A stretch of 64,000 nucleotides of DNA, from the NCBI GenBank assembly GCA_040954595.2, contig CM082586.2, positions 9,703,337 through 9,767,336 of the forward strand, given 5' to 3'. A program made the translations under genes and the position numbers. Positions 52,501 to 64,000 of this stretch are shown here, in pieces; within the stretch, counting starts at the first letter, position 1, and each line of letters begins with the position of its first letter. A model generated the notes under the pieces. The model made no database searches and had not been told where the DNA came from. It saw only the letters and a program-made list of their open reading frames with translations. Origin of the DNA: Balanoglossus misakiensis. Taxonomy: Eukaryota; Animalia; Hemichordata.

Positions 52501-53349
52501 CACCTGTATTCTTTTCTGAATATCTTATGGCGACTAGACTAATAGCACTAGAGGTTTGGTTTTTGATGTATATGGACAAGTATGGGACTTAGCTTTTTTT
52601 GTTACATTTGGAATCCACTGGACCAATGTTGAGCTTATTAAATATGTGAATATCTAATGCTGAGCTTACCCATATTGTTACAGGTTGAATTTTTTATGAA
52701 CATGCTCTACTATTGGACTTAATTTTTTTGCTGAATTTCTTGACCAATGATAACCTTATAAATATGTGCTTACGTAATTGTAGACTAGATAATGAAGCTT
52801 TGAGTCTGGGTTTTCTTGAACATTCACCAGTATGCGATCACATTTTTTTCTGACATTTTTGTTAGCTTTGGTTACCTTTAACCTATTTTCCCTGCCTTGG
52901 CATGCACAGCAGATAACGCCTTCAAATTTTGAGGGCTGGAACACCTAATTACCAGGTTAACCAATAGAGCCAGAAGTCTTGTTTTTCATTTTACACTGAT
53001 CATTTTGGAAGAAAAATTTGTTGACAATTTTGGGTGAGCTCTTGGTGACCTTTGATCTGCTTTCCTATATACATAGCAGATACAGCATTGGCACTCTCTG
53101 GTATCCATAGGAACTGCTTTGACCCAGCCAATGTTGGTTGCACTTTAATTTTTTTTCATTAATTGACCATATGTACCCCTTGACCCGCAGTATGTTGGGT
53201 TGGGCTGGCTTGCCAAATTAATCCTATTATTATCATTGATTTCATGCATTTAATTCTTTCATTCTTTTTTTTTGTAGGTCCCACCGGTACTCTTCTCCTT
53301 CTCTCTCTCTTTCTTTCTTTCTTTCTTTTTTTCTCTTCTTTTCTCTTTT

Positions 53350-53900
53350 TTTTCTTTTTTTCCCTGTAGGCCCCAATGGTAACACCATAATCAACCTACT
53401 AACGTAAAATTTGATGGATGGATGGAGCGGAGTGTCAACCATAGTCAACCTACTAATATAAACTTTGATGGATGGATGGATGGAGCGGAGCGTCAACCAT
53501 AGTCAACCTACTAATATAAACTTTGATGGATGAATGGAGCGGAGCGTCAACCATAGTCAACCTACTAATATAAACTTTGATGGATGGATGGTGGAGCAGA
53601 GCGTCAACCATAGTCAACTTACTAAAATATAAACTTTGATGGATGGATGGTGCCGCGGAGCGTCAACTTAAAGGATGGAGAAGTGGAAGGATGGAGAAGT
53701 GGAGTTTTTCTCTGTTTTTTCCTCTTTTTCTTTCCTGTAGGGCACACTGGTAACACCATAATCAACCAACTAACGTAAAATTTGATGGGAGGATGGAGCG
53801 GAGTGTCAACCATAGTCAACCTACTAATATAAACTTTGATGGATGGATGGATGGAGCGTCAACCTAAAGGATGGAGAAGTGGAAGAATGGAGAAGTGGAG
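53350..53900. repeat. ~55-60-bp minisatellite containing (GGAT)n, within a ~370-bp local duplication
   Basis: gtcaaccatagtcaacctactaatataaactttgatggatgg repeated; cctgtagg..ggtaacaccataatcaacc at ~53362 and ~53733. Confidence 0.85.
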
Positions 53901-55456
53901 TTTCAACATAATATCCTCTTGACCGAAATTATAAGATAGAGTAATATAGACGTACAAAACGAGGTGATCGTAATATAAAACTTAATAGTCCAATAAATCG
54001 GGTTAATAATTGGTAGTGATTACTTGTTTTAAAATTAGGTTAACAGCAATGGCTTTGTGCAGGGTATGATAATAGGTTCCGAAATGTGTATGGTATAATA
54101 ACGGTGAACACATTTGAATTTGGTTTAATAAAAGGGTTACAAATGTGATGATGGTTTTATGGTAAAATTTGAGTGTACACAGGTTATAAAGGGGTAACAA
54201 CGGTTGCTTGTATGAAGGGAATAATATTAGGGTAACAAATGTGGTATAAAAAGGTATAACGGGTTTATAATATGATGATGGCTTGTGTACACAGGTTATA
54301 ATGGGTATATGAATGAGAAGGGTATAATAATAGTAATAACTGTGTCGGGTTTAATAAGGGTAACAATTGTGCAAGGTATAATAACGATTAATAATTGTGG
54401 TGATGGCTTATGGTGATATTAAGTATAAAAAGGGTGTTAATATTGATGATGATGACAGAGGTATAATAATGATAAAATGTTAAATAAGTGTCCAAGGTCT
54501 AATAATCATGTTGGTTCATTCATTGGTTAATGTGTATATTTTATGAATAACATGCTATTATTTCTCAGATAGATAGTACTCGTCAGCATCGTTATTCGGT
54601 GGAATTTCTCGCAACGGTACCCGTGATTGTATTCGCGCATCGACACATTGTACGCGACAGACATGCAGAAAATGTTAGCACAATGTTAGGTTAGCTTAAC
54701 CTCCCCACCCCATCCAAATTCCAAATTTAGCTTAGATCATGGGGTGAGAGGAGGAGAGGACAGTTTTTTTTCCCTCTTTTGTAATTGGTATGAGGTTTTT
54801 TAACTGCCCTTTAGGCGCGTAAATTAGATGTGTTATCATACATGTAGTTATCTTGCTTTATTTTAAAACAATTGCGAATGAGCTCTGCGAGATTATGTAC
54901 ACGATAGTGTGTTATATAATGCTAAGGTAAAAGTAAACTTAACCCACTAACCCATCACACTATTGTGTGCATAATTAGCAGATGCTATTTTGACTGGCCC
55001 ATTGGTCAACCAAATGACACCTTGTTTCAAAAAGAGCTGAAACTATATTGGTTAACTTCTTTCAGTTTAACCACATGACACATTGTTTCAAATTGGCCTG
55101 CAAGATATGCTACTTGAACTTCCCCCCCCCCCCCCACCCCCACCCCCCAAAAACAATAAATTAGGGATTAATCACTCGCTATATTATGAACATTCACATG
55201 AAAATTATGCAACCAAATTAAAGGTATTCTGGAGGCGTCTTCTGATGTCAGGTGGTTCAAATCCACCGATACCTAAGCTGGAAACATAACTTTTCATTGG
55301 TGTTCATATATGGCGAATAAAACACGCATATTCGTATTATCATATTTCAGAAATGAACGAATTGAAATAGATTCTTTTCGATATGTCACTATAAACTTTA
55401 ATCCCATTTCACCCCTTTTACTCAAAATGTAATGTTTAAATAGCAAAGAAGTAATC

Positions 55457-58400
55457 ACTAAACTTTGACACCGGGGTTTAAAATGCATACAGGGATACTA
55501 AAAGTTGACTGAAATCCCTTGGTTAATACGTGTCCAAAAGCAATCCTATTTGACATTGCTAATGCAATGATGACATTGAATTTGATTCTTTGCATTAGGG
55601 GGAATGGCGATGCAAGCTTGATGATGCAGCCAGGTAGATAGTGATGCAAACACTTCACTTTGACATAGGTATTTAATGCATGTGCATGGGTATTTAATGT
55701 TGACTGTAAATCCCCAGGTTAATACGTGGCCAAAAGCACTGTAATTTGACATTGCTAATGCTACCGTGACACTAAATCTGATTCTTGCATCAGGGTAAAT
55801 TGTGAAGCAAGCTTGATGATGCATCATGATAGATGGTGTTTCAAGCCCTTCACATTGACATTGGAATATAACGCATAAGGGGATTTAAAGTTGATTGTAA
55901 ATCCTCAGGTTAATACGTGGCCATAAGCAATGTAATTTGACATTGCTAATGCAACGATGATATTGAATCTGATTCTTTGCATCAGGGTAAATGGCGATGC
56001 AAGCTTGATGATGCATCCCGGTAGATAGTGATGCAAACACTTCACTTTGACATGGGTATTTAATGCATGCACATTGATATTTAAAGTTGACTCTAAATCC
56101 CGAGGTTAATACATGGCCAAAAGCACTGTAATTTAAAATTACTAATGCAAGCGTGACATTGAATATGGATAAATGGTGAAGCAAACGTGATGATGCATCA
56201 GGATAGATGGTGTTTCAAGCCCTTCACATTGACTTTTGAATATAATGCATATGGGGATTTAAAGTTGATTGTAAATCCCTAGGTTAATACATGGCCAAAA
56301 GCACTTTTATTTGACATTGCTAATGCAACGGTGACATTGAATCTGATTCTATGCATCAGGGTAAATGGCGATACAGGCTTGATTATGCATCACGGTAGAT
56401 AGTGATGCAAACAGTTCACTTTGACATGGGTATTAAATGCATATGGGGATTTCAAGTTGATTACAAATCCCTGGGTTAATACGCATCCAAAAGCACTGTA
56501 ATTTGACATTGCTAATGAAATGGTGACATTGAATGTAATTCTTTGCATTAGGGGAAATGGCTAAAAAGCTTAATGATGCATTGGAGTAGATGGTGATGCA
56601 AGCTATGCATTTTGACATAGGTATTTAATGCATGTGCATGGGTATTTAATGTTGACTGTAAATCCCTAGGTTAATACATGTCCAAAAGCACTGTAATTTA
56701 AAATTGCTAATGCAAGGGTGACATTGAATCTGATTCTTTGCATCAGGGCAAATTCTGAAGAATGCTTGATGATGCACCAGGGTCAATGGTGATGCAATCA
56801 CTAAGCTTTGACACCGGGGTTTAAAATGTATACAGGGGGATTAAAAGTTGACTGAAAATCCCTGGGTTAATACAAGTCCAAAAGCACTGTAATTTAAAAT
56901 TGCTAATGCAATGGTGACATTGAATGTGATTCTTTGCATTAGGGGATTTGGCTTAGCAAGCCTAATGGTGCATCAGAGTAGATGGTGATGCAAGCTCTGC
57001 ACTTTGACATAGGTATTTAATGCATATGCATGGGTGTTTGATGTTGACTGTAAATCCTCAGGTTAATACGTGGCCATAAGCACTGTAATTTGACATTGCT
57101 AATGCTACAGTGACATTGAATCTGATTCTTTGCATTAGGGCAAATGGCGAAGCAAGCTTGATGATGCATCACGGTAGATATTGATGCAAACACTTCACTT
57201 TGACATGGGTATTTAATGCATGCGCATTGATATTTAAAGTTGACTCTAAATCCCGAGGTTAACACATGGCCAAAAGCACTGTAATTTAAAATTACTAATG
57301 CAAGGGTGACATTGAATATGGATAAATGGTGGAGCAAGCTTGATGATGCATCATGATAGATGGTGTTTCAAGCCCTTCACATTGACATTGGAATATAACG
57401 CATAAGGGGATTTAAAGTTGATTGTAAATCCTCAGGTTAATACGTGGCCATAAGCAATGTAATTTGACATTGCTAATGCAACGATGATATTGAATCTGAT
57501 TCTTTGCATCAGGGTAAATGGCGATGCAAGCTTGATGATGCATCCCGGGAGATAGTGATGCAAACACTTCACTTTGACATGGGTATTTAATGCATGCACA
57601 TTGATATTTAAAGTTGACTCTAAATCCCGAGGTTAATACATGGCCAAAAGCACGGTAATTTAAAATTACTAATGCATGCGTGACATTGAATATGGATAAA
57701 TGGTGAAGCAAACGTGATGATGCATCAGGATAGATGGTGTTTGAAGCCCTTCACATTGACTTTTGAATATAATGCATATGGGGATTTCAAGTTGATTGTA
57801 AATCCCTAGGTTAATACATGGCCAAAAGCACTTTTATTTGACATTGCTAATGCAACAGTGACATTGAATCTGATTCTATGCATCAGGGTAAATGGCGATA
57901 CAGGCTTGATGATGCATCACGGTAGATAGTGATGCAAACAGTTCACTTTGACATGGGTATTAAATGCATATGGGGATTTCAAGTTGATTACAAATCCCTG
58001 GGTTAATACGCATCCAAAAGCACTGTAATTTGACATTGCTAATGAAATGGTGACATTGAATGTAATTCTTTGCATTAGGGGAAATGGCTAAAAAGCTTAA
58101 TGATGCATTGGAGTAGATGGTGATGCAAGCTATGCATTTTGACATAGGTATTTAATGCATGTGAATGGGTATTTAATGTTGACTGTAAATCCCGAGGTTA
58201 ATACATGTCCAAAAGCACTGTAATTCAAAATTGCTAATGCAAGGGTGACATTGAATCTGATTCTTTGCATCAGGGCAAATTCTGAAGAATGCTTGATGAT
58301 GCACCAGGGTCAATGGTGATGCAATCACTAAGCTTTGACACCGGGGTTTAAAATGTATACAGGGGGATTAAAAGTTGACTGAAAATCCCTGGGTTAATAC

Positions 58401-61400
58401 AAGTCCAAAAGCACTGTAATTTAAAATTGCTAATGCAATGGTGACATTGAATGTGATTCTTTGCATTAGGGGAAATGGCTTAGCAAGCCTAATGGTGCAT
58501 CAGAGTAGATGGTGATGCAAGCTCTGCACTTTGACATAGGTATTTAATGCATATGCATGGGTGTTTGATGTTGACTGTAAATCCTCAGGTTAATACGTGG
58601 CCATAAGCACTGTAATTTGACATTGCTAATGCTACAGTGACATTGAATCTGATTCTTTGCATTAGGGCAAATGGCGAAGCAAGCTTGATGATGCATCACG
58701 GTAGATATTGATGCAAACACTTCACTTTGACATGGGTATTTAATGCATGCGCATTGATATTTAAAGTTGACTCTAAATCCCGAGGTTAACACATGGCCAA
58801 AAGCACTGTAATTTAAAATTACTAATGCAAGGGTGACATTGAATATGGATAAATGGTGAAGCAAGCTTGATGATGCATCATGATAGATGGTGTTTCAAGC
58901 CCTTCACATTGACATTGGAATATAACGCATAAGGGGATTTAAAGTTGATTGTAAATCCTCAGGTTAATACGTGGCCATAAGCAATGTAATTTGACATTGC
59001 TAATGCAACGATGATATTGAATCTGATTCTTTGCATCAGGGTAAATGGCGATGCAAGCTTGATGATGCATCACGGTAGATATTGATGCAAACACTTCACT
59101 TTGACATGGGTATTTAATGCATGCACATTGATATTTAAAGTTGACTCTAAATCCCGAGGTTAATACATGGCCAAAAGCACTGTAATTTAAAATTACTAAT
59201 GCAAGGGTGACATTGAATATGGATAAATGGTGAAGCAAGCTTGATGATGCATCATGATAGATAAATTACTAATGCAAGGGTGACATTGAATATGGATAAA
59301 TGGTGAAGCAAGCTTGATGATGCATCATGATAGATTGTGTTTCAAGCCCTTCACATTGACATTGGAATATAACGCATAAGGGGATTTAAAGTTGATTGTA
59401 AATCCTCAGGTTAATACGTGGCCATAAGCAATGTAATTTGACATTGCTAATGCAACGATGATATTGAATCTGATTCTTTGCATCAGGGTAAATGGCGATG
59501 CAAGCTTGATGATGCATCCCGGTAGATAGTGATGTAAACACTTCACTTTGACATGGGTATTTAATGCATGCACATTGATATTTAAAGTTGACTCTAAATC
59601 CCGAGGTTAATACATGGCCAAAAGCACTGTAATTTAAAATTACTAATGCAAGCGTGACATTGAATATGGATAAATGGTGAAGCAAACGTGATGATGCATC
59701 AGGATAGATGGTGTTTGAAGCCCTTCACATTGACTTTTGAATATAATGCATATGGGGATTTCAAGTTGATTGTCAATCCCTAGGTTAATACATGGCCAAA
59801 AGCACTTTTATTTGACATTGCTAATGCAATGGTGACATTGAATCTAATTCTATGCATAAGGGTAAATGGCGATACAGGCTTGATGATGCATCACGGTAGA
59901 TAGTGATGCAAACAGTTCACTTTGACATGGGTATTAAATGCATATGGGGATTTCAAGTTGATTACAAATCCCTGGGTTAATACGCATCCAAAAGCACTGT
60001 AATTTGACATTGCTAATGCAACGGTGACATTGAATCTGATTCTATGCATAAGGGTAAATGGCGATGCAGGCTTGATGATGCATCACGGTAGATAGTGATG
60101 CATACAGTTCACTTTGACATGGGTATTAAATGCATATGGGGATTTCAAGTTGATTACAAATCCTTGGGTTAATACGCATCCAAAAGCACTGTAATTTGAC
60201 ATTGCTAATGAAATGGTGACATTGAATGTAATTCTTTGCATTAGGGGAAATGGCTAAGCAAGGTTAATGATGCATTGGAGTAGATGGTGATGCAAGCTAT
60301 GCATTTTGACATAGGTATTTAATGCATGTGCATGGGTATTTAATGTTGACTGTAAATCCCTGGGTTAATACAAGTCCAAAAGCACCGTAATTTGACATTG
60401 ATAATACAACGGTGATATTTAATCTGATTCTTTGCATCAGGGCAAATGGTGAAGCAAGCTTAATGATGCATCGGAGTATATGGTGATGCAAGCTCTGCAT
60501 TTTGACATAGGTATTAAATGTATATGCATGGGTATTTAAAGTTGTCTGTAAATCCCCAGGTTAATACGTGGCCATAATCACTGTAATTTGACATTGCGAA
60601 TGCAACAGTGACATTTAATCTGATTCTTTGCATTAAGGCAAATGGCGAAGCATGCTTGACGATGCATTACTGTAGATAGTGGTGCAAACACTTGGCTTTG
60701 ACATGGGTATAAAAAGCATATGGGGATTTCAAGTTGATTATAAATCCCGATGTTAATACATGTCCAAAAGCACTGTAATTTAAAATTGCTAATGCAAGGG
60801 TGAAATTGAATCTGATTCTTTGCATCAGGGCAAATTCTGAAGAATGCTTGATGATGCACCAGGGTCAATGGTGATGCAATCACTAAGCTTTGACACCGGG
60901 GTTTAAAATGTATACAGGGGGATTAAAAGTTGACTGAAAATCCCTGGGTTAATACAAGTCCAAAAGCACTGTAATTTAAAATTGCTAATGCAATGGTGAC
61001 ATTGAATGTGATTCTTTGCATTAGGGGAAATGGCTTAGCAAGCCTAATGGTGCATCAGAGTAGATGGTGATGCAAGCTCTGCACTTTGACATAGGTATTT
61101 AATGCATATGCATGGGTGTTTGATGTTGACTGTAAATCCTCAGGTTAATACGTGGCCATAAGCACTGTAATTTGACATTGCTAATGCTACAGTGACATTG
61201 AATCTGATTCTTTGCATTAGGGCAAATGGCGAAGCAAGCTTGATGATGCATCACGGTAGATATTGATGCAAACACTTCACTTTGACATGGGTATTTAATG
61301 CATGCACATTGATATTTAAAGTTGACTCTAAATCCCAAGGTTAATACATGGCCAAAAGCACTGTAATTTGACATTGCTAATGCTACAGTGACATTGAATC

Positions 61401-64000
61401 TGATTCTTTGCATTAGGGCAAATGGCGAAGCAAGCTTGATGATGCATCACGGTAGATATTGATGCAAACACTTCACTTTGACATGGGTATTTAATGCATG
61501 CGCATTGATATTTAAAGTTGACTCTAAATCCCGAGGTTAATACATGGCCAAAAGCACTGTAATTTAAAATTACTAATGCAAGGGTGACATTGAATATGGA
61601 TAAATGGTGAAGCAAGCTTGATGATGCATCATGATAGATGGTGTTTCAAGCCCTTCACATTGACATTGGAATATAACGCATAAGGGGATTTAAAGTTGAT
61701 TGTAAATCCTCAGGTTAATACGTGGCCATAAGCAATGTAATTTGACATTGCTAATGCAACGATGATATTGAATCTGATTCTTTGCATCAGGGCAAATGGC
61801 GAAGCAAGCTTGATGATGCATCACGGTAGATATTGATGCAAACACTTCACTTTGACATGGGTATTTAATGCATGCACATTGATATTTAAAGTTGACTCAA
61901 AATCCCGAGGTTAATACATGGCCAAAAGCACTGTAATTTAAAATTACTAATGCAAGGGTGACATTGAATATGGATAAATGGTGAAGCAAGCTTGATGATG
62001 CATCATGATAGATGGTGTTTCAAGCCCTTCACATTGACTTTTGAATATAATGCATATGGGGATTTAAAGTTGATTGTAAATCCCTAGGTTAATACATGGC
62101 CAAAAGCACTTTTATTTGACATTGCTAATGCAACGGTGACATTGAATCTGATTCTATGCATCAGGGTAAATGGCGATACAGGCTTGATGATGCATCACGG
62201 TAGATAGTGATGCAAACAGTTCACTTTGACATGGGTATTAAATGCATATGGGGATTTCAAGTTGATTACAAATCCCTGGGTTAATACGCATCCAAAAGCA
62301 CTGTAATTTGACATTGCTAATGAAATGGTGACATTGAATGTAATTCTTTGCATTAGGGGAAATGTCTAAAAAGCTTAATGATGCATTGGAGTAGATGGTG
62401 ATGCAAGCTATGCATTTTGACATAGGTATTTAATGCATGTGCATGGGTATTTAATGTTGACTGTAAATCCCTAGGTTAATACATGTCCAAAAGCACTGTA
62501 ATTTAAAATTGCTAATGCAAGGGTGACATTGAATCTGATTCTTTGCATCAGGGCAAATTCTGAAGAATGCTTGATGATGCACCAGGGTCAATGGTGATGC
62601 AATCACTAAGCTTTGACACCGGGGTTTAAAATGTATACATGGGGATTAAAAGTTGACTGAAAATCCCTGGGTTAATACAAGTCCAAAAGCACTATAATTT
62701 AAAATTGCTAATGCAATGGTGACATTGAATGTGATTCTTTGCATTAGGGGAAATGGCTTAGCAAGCCTAATGGTGCATCAGAGTAGATGGTGATGCAAGC
62801 TCTGCACTTTGACATAGGTATTTAATGCATATGCATGGGTGTTTGATGTTGACTGTAAATCCTCAGGTTAATACGTGGCCATAAGCACTGTAATTTGACA
62901 TTGCTAATGCTACAGTGACATTGAATCTGATTCTTTGCATTAGGGCAAATGGCGAAGCAAGCTTGATGATGCATCACGGTAAATATTGATGCAAACACTT
63001 CACTTTGACATGGGTATTTAATGCATGTGCATTGATATTTAAAGTTGACTCTAAATCCCGAGGTTAACACATGGCCAAAAGCACTGTAATTTAAAATTAC
63101 TAATGCAAGGGTGACATTGAATATGGATAAATGGTGAAGCAAGCTTGATGATGCATCATGATAGATTGTGTTTCAAGCCCTTCACATTGACATTGGAATA
63201 TAACGCATAAGGGGATTTAAAGTTGATTGTAAATCCTCAGGTTAATACGTGGCCATAAGCAATGTAATTTGACATTGCTAATGCAACGATGATATTGAAT
63301 CTGATTCTTTGCATCAGGGTAAATGGCGATGCAAGCTTGATGATGCATCCCGGTAGATAGTGATGCAAACACTTCACTTTGACATGGGTATTTAATGCAT
63401 GCACATTGATATTTAAAGTTGACTCTAAATCCCGAGGTTAATACATGGCCAAAAGCACTGTAATTTAAAATTACTAATGCAAGCGTGACATTGAATATGG
63501 ATAAATGGTGAAGCAAACGTGATGATGCATCAGGATAGATGGTGTTTGAAGCCCTTCACATTGACTTTTGAATATAATGCATATGGGGATTTCAAGTTGA
63601 TTGTAAATCCCTAGGTTAATACATGGCCAAAAGCACTTTTATTTGACATTGCTAATGCAACGGTGACATTGAATCTAATTCTATGCATCAGGGTAAATGG
63701 CGATACAGGCTTGATGATGCATCACGGTAGATAGTGATGCAAACAGTTCACTTTGACATGGGTATTAAATGCATATGGGGATTTCAAGTTGATTACAAAT
63801 CCCTGGGTTAATACGCATCCAAAAGCACTGTAATTTGACATTGCTAATGCAACGGTGACATTGAATCTGATTCTATGCATAAGGGTAAATGGCGATGCAG
63901 GCTTGATGATGCATCACGGTAGATAGTGATGCATACAGTTCACTTTGACATGGGTATTAAATGCATATGGGGATTTCAAGTTGATTACAAATCCTTGGGT
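55457..64000. repeat. Satellite DNA, ~195-bp monomer, 8-mer higher-order repeat of 1527 bp; runs off the window end
   Basis: ggttaa anchors at 55908, 56104, 56282, 56474, 56669, 56865, 57061, 57257, 57435 give spacings 196+178+192+195+196+196+196+178=1527. ORF copies are offset by 1527. Confidence 0.96.

Noticed and set aside
37414-52592. Recurring ORFs (MFGSCWTL..., MNCDCFNL..., MLAHFASP...) as a gene family
   Set aside because: They are chance frames in the repeated spacer. Copies change frame freely and show no domain motifs.
53950-54540. Telomeric repeat remnant
   Set aside because: G/T-skewed, but there is no tandem TTAGGG run.
55458-63516. Recurring minus-strand ORFs (MLHHLSIF..., MSKCIACI...)
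   Set aside because: By-products of satellite monomers; useful only as periodicity markers.

Overview
AT-rich, intron-containing animal DNA, probably from a marine invertebrate; no prokaryotic features were seen. The left half (1-28 kb) is a same-strand mosaic of mostly decayed host-gene exons. It holds an ELAC2/RNase Z-like exon inside a 1567-bp tandem duplication, MED25-like exons (VWA, linker, Q-rich LxxLL and terminal exons), and four calcium-binding EGF exons lying where the MED25 ACID domain should be. Between two of the EGF exons is a fragmented ~7.2-kb Academ (AcademX-type) transposon ORF with transposase, XPG/FEN-like nuclease, Cys8 finger and acidic tail. That ORF also carries an OTU-type cysteine protease (deubiquitinase-like) domain inside the transposase region, which is the most unusual observation in the window. 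MITEs (TTAA- and TA-flanked), a SINE and CR1/L2 LINE remnants are interspersed. The right half (36-64 kb) is almost all tandem DNA: a 140-bp array, a ~0.9-kb unit whose internal 116-bp segment is amplified 1 to ~21 times, a self-nested Helentron/HINE-like element with 146-bp repeats, and a ~195-bp satellite with an 8-monomer 1527-bp higher-order repeat. The overall pattern suggests a heterochromatin or pericentromeric boundary. All family assignments come from motif recognition by eye; no searches were run.
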